Assembly (NCBI GenBank): GCA_964408855.1
Contig: CAYPBB010000010.1
Span: forward strand, 9,362 to 73,361
Direction of reading: 5' to 3'
DNA length: 64,000 bases
Origin: an uncultured Ectothiorhodospiraceae bacterium
GTDB taxonomy: Bacteria; Bacteroidota; Ignavibacteria; SZUA-365; GCA-2699105
Shown one piece after another: positions 62,401 through 64,000 of the stretch. The notes under the pieces were generated by a model that did no database searches, was not told where the DNA came from, and saw nothing but the letters and a program-made list of their open reading frames with translations. The stretch's first letter is position 1. Each line of letters begins with the position of its first letter. Position numbers and translations under genes: made by a program.

Positions 62401-62622
62401 AGTCTCCGGGAAACGATGCTTCTTCCCAAGATGTTCATATTCTGCGTTTTGTTTGAGCCATTCACTAAGAACTTTCTCAAGTAAAACATTCGAGTAATCC
62501 TCCCCGCGTAGTTCGTAGACCTCGCCATCTGACAGATACTCCCAGCCAAGCTTTTGCAAAAGTATCAGGGCAGGGAGCTTGCTCTGTTCGTCCTCGTTGT
62601 GCTGGTGGATGTAGATTGCCAT
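59458..62622 (-). CDS. hsdR: Type I restriction enzyme R subunit
   Basis: PDIVLFINGIPVVVIECK nuclease motif; HTQGSGKS, VDEGHR, FTGTP, LLTGFDAP, LLQAIARVNR helicase motifs. Confidence 0.97.
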   Translation of the reverse strand: MAIYIHQHNEDEQSKLPALILLQKLGWEYLSDGEVYELRGEDYSNVLLEKVLSEWLKQNAEYEHLGKKHRFPETVIRDAVLDLKRREESGFIPTNQKIHEILTHGKSFTVSEDVKSKTLHYIDWENSDRNVYHVVEEFKVERSGMHKHRIPDIVLFINGIPVVVIECKDRAAPGTTDPVDQAVNQMIKNQNEDEIPRLFHYAQLLIAVAESAAKYGTVRTSREYWSVWKEREYSDDDVKRVFDLSLSNEQLRALAIPGGRVVNEETNEYHVDRMVTEQDRLLFALCNRERLLKNIRSYSIFDRGVRKTPRYQQYFVVEKMLQRILEFDEDGTRRGGVVWHTQGSGKSLSMVMLVQGIFQSPAIKGETIVVVTDRVDLDEQIYNTFSDCNLEPERAKSGKHLAEMLERRNVSIITTVIDKFETALVKMKAPIDSTEVFVLVDEGHRTQYGKLHSAMKRVLRKACFIGFTGTPVRRNEKDTIKRFGGLIDTYTINQAVDDGAVVPLLYEGRHSQQIVQKESIDDWFEKVTKRLSKEEANDLKKRYSSTDQINNVEQRIMRIAWDISEHFADNWKGKDRKAQLVTSSKATALKYKKYLDSFKRVTSEVLISGPDDREGEIEGDDDKNDVLDFWKKMMYRWGSEEKYNTQIITNFKNADDPEIIIVVDKLLTGFDAPRNTILYLIRMLKEHTLLQAIARVNRLYEAKEYGYIIDYRGVLGELDNALKLYEKLEDFDAKDLVGLLTDVKEQLPDVKQKHSVLVGQFTTLRNRYDTEEIAQFLTERSERDKFYANLREFANVMEMALSTVRFHEITPAATIEMYKQDLKRYNKIRHSLGRRFAESVDFAEYEPKIKRLLDTYVGAEEVETIIAPVNIFEKDAFQAEVDALSTDAAKADTIAHRTKKSINELWDRDPEFYKRFSELIQATIDDFRNKRISESEYLSKVRQFEEQVRTRRGDDLPARLQNNDVAAAYFRSIKNFSGDSDAEKTAELCLKIDEVINRLRIVNWYYNEPQKNKMRNELDDLLFEALDDGLSVDVDQFDEIMDRCLAIAQSREER

Positions 62623-62626
62623 GTTT

Positions 62627-64000
62627 TTATTGTCCCTCCAACGCAGAAAACATCTTGTTAATAAAGCCTACTAACTCTGTGCGAGTCAATTCTCTTTCAG
62701 GTATAAAATCATCTATCTGATGACTTTCAGCGTTTGCTATTACCCTAATTTCGTTCAGCATTTCTGTCTTTTTATCGCTGATTAACGACCTATGTTTCAA
62801 TTCAGCGATCTTTGCTGACAGTTTGTCAATCTTTGATATGTACCGATAATATTGTCTGTTCAATACACCTTCTAATACATCTCGCATGAGATGTTGAATA
62901 TAGCTGATTGATTGCCCTGAATCATTTCTACAGTAGTCGTCTAACTCCTCTACTTTTTGCGCAAAACTATCTTTTGCGAATTCAGATGGATCACAGCGTT
63001 CATACCTGCTGCCAGTATCATCACAGCGAATTTCGAACTCTCCACTAACACCATATTTCTTCTTATCCCGGTAGTACTTTTGATGTTGAATAGCAACACT
63101 TTTCCGATGTGTTAACACAATTGTTTGCAAGCAGTCGGACGAAAGAGTTGCAATAATCTTTGCAGTCTGATATCTTCGGTCATCATCCATGCTTGTTAAT
63201 GGATCATCGTAGATCACAATTGTATCCGATAGTTTTGGATCGTACTTCAGCGATGCAATGAAGAATGCAAACGCAAGAGAATTCCGATCTCCACCGCTGA
63301 GTATATTCTTGAAACAAGGGACATTTTCACTCGAAGAGAGTGGAGCACCTTCACCGTTGATCACAATCTCGAATTCTGCGAGTTTACCCATCCTCTTGTC
63401 AGTCTTTTCTTTAAATGACCGAACAGAAAACGATGTATTCAGTTCCTTCAGTACTCTGTTTATCTCATCTTCGTAGTTGGAGAAGTTTCCAAGATACTTA
63501 TTCAGTTTGTCCTCGATTTCCTTGAACTTATCATCTGCTTTTTCTTTCTCTTCCTTGGCAGAATTGTAGCCAGTCACCCATACCATTCCCTCTTCAGTGA
63601 ATCGAAATAGGCGATGCTCGAATCCGCGCGTCTTTTTCTTCGCGTCTTCAATGCTGGCCGGACTCTCAGCCCGCTCTTTAAACGATGTTACCCTCTCATT
63701 GAGCGTCTTAATTTGTTCATTTATATCTGTCACAATCTGTTGAATCACAGATTTGGCGTCTTTGTACTTTTCTACGGCACCAGGTTCTGCCGTGCGATTG
63801 AGGTCTTCCACTTTTCGATTGAGTTCATTCTTCAGTGCTTCAAATGCTTTGCTCAACTGAGTCTTGAGTGCTTCCTGATCAACATCTTCGGTCAGAGAAC
63901 CTGAGAGCTCCTCCTTGATAATACTCGACCAGGAACTTATTTGGGCATCAATTTTCTGTATCTCAAGAATGAGCTTGTCTATGATGGTGTTAGCATCAAA
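62627..64000 (-). CDS. RloC-like AAA_13/SMC-type ATPase with C-terminal HEPN-like domain (5' end outside the window)
   Basis: Frame open to 64000; long coiled coil, LSGGDRNSLAFAFF signature, IVIYDDPLTSMD Walker B, IVLTH; HLMRDVLE...IANAESH. Confidence 0.75.
   Translation of the reverse strand, partial: FDANTIIDKLILEIQKIDAQISSWSSIIKEELSGSLTEDVDQEALKTQLSKAFEALKNELNRKVEDLNRTAEPGAVEKYKDAKSVIQQIVTDINEQIKTLNERVTSFKERAESPASIEDAKKKTRGFEHRLFRFTEEGMVWVTGYNSAKEEKEKADDKFKEIEDKLNKYLGNFSNYEDEINRVLKELNTSFSVRSFKEKTDKRMGKLAEFEIVINGEGAPLSSSENVPCFKNILSGGDRNSLAFAFFIASLKYDPKLSDTIVIYDDPLTSMDDDRRYQTAKIIATLSSDCLQTIVLTHRKSVAIQHQKYYRDKKKYGVSGEFEIRCDDTGSRYERCDPSEFAKDSFAQKVEELDDYCRNDSGQSISYIQHLMRDVLEGVLNRQYYRYISKIDKLSAKIAELKHRSLISDKKTEMLNEIRVIANAESHQIDDFIPERELTRTELVGFINKMFSALEGQ

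Larger units (their letters stand above)
41239..64000. mobile_element. Integrated element/defence island at tRNA-Ser, continuing beyond the window
   Basis: tRNA 3' fragment at the left boundary, shift to AT-richer DNA, primase-helicase module, Rhs, type I R-M; no integrase within the window. Confidence 0.75.

Noticed and set aside
41239-64000. Stop-codon reassignment (TGA readthrough code) in the island
   Set aside because: Other island genes end normally at TGA (45470, 46015, 48830), and long genes are open under code 11; only one internal TGA was seen

Overview
64-kb window from a diderm FCB-group bacterium, probably Ignavibacteria/Kapabacteria-like: many C-terminal T9SS sorting domains (YPNP motif), Shine-Dalgarno sites in use, GC-rich core. 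1-12.4 kb is core genome: a divergently split phosphate-uptake locus (porin-pstS-pstC leftward, pstB-phoU rightward, candidate Pho box between them), comF, beta-barrel genes, a lipoprotein glycerophosphodiesterase and uvrA. 12.5-41 kb mixes core and accessory genes: a PKD lipoprotein; an AT-richer four-gene block ending in a Cys-rich T9SS metzincin, bracketed by a 34-bp duplicate of part of the neighbouring FAD oxidoreductase gene; a LamG/Ig-repeat T9SS protein with an OmpA partner; three tandem T9SS paralogues; two MORN/YwqK-like genes; an ADH/AKR/AraC cassette; a Cthe_2159-like protein with a mini T9SS partner; and a broken GIY-YIG gene. At 40971-41262 a 128-bp tandem repeat carries degenerate tRNA-Ser 3' ends and terminates in an exact tRNA-Ser 3' fragment. 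This fragment looks like the att junction of an integrated element running from about 41.24 kb past the right edge. The element encodes a fused HAD-phosphatase/3-TM candidate defence protein, a satellite-like DUF5659/primase-helicase module interrupted by one in-frame TGA, a candidate ori, a 2,150-aa Sec-type Rhs protein with a CWB2 cell-wall-binding trimer inserted in its YD shell, an FG-GAP T9SS protein where an immunity gene would be expected, and a type I R-M block (M48 peptidase, hsdR, RloC-like AAA-HEPN). All family calls come from motif recognition by eye; no searches were run.
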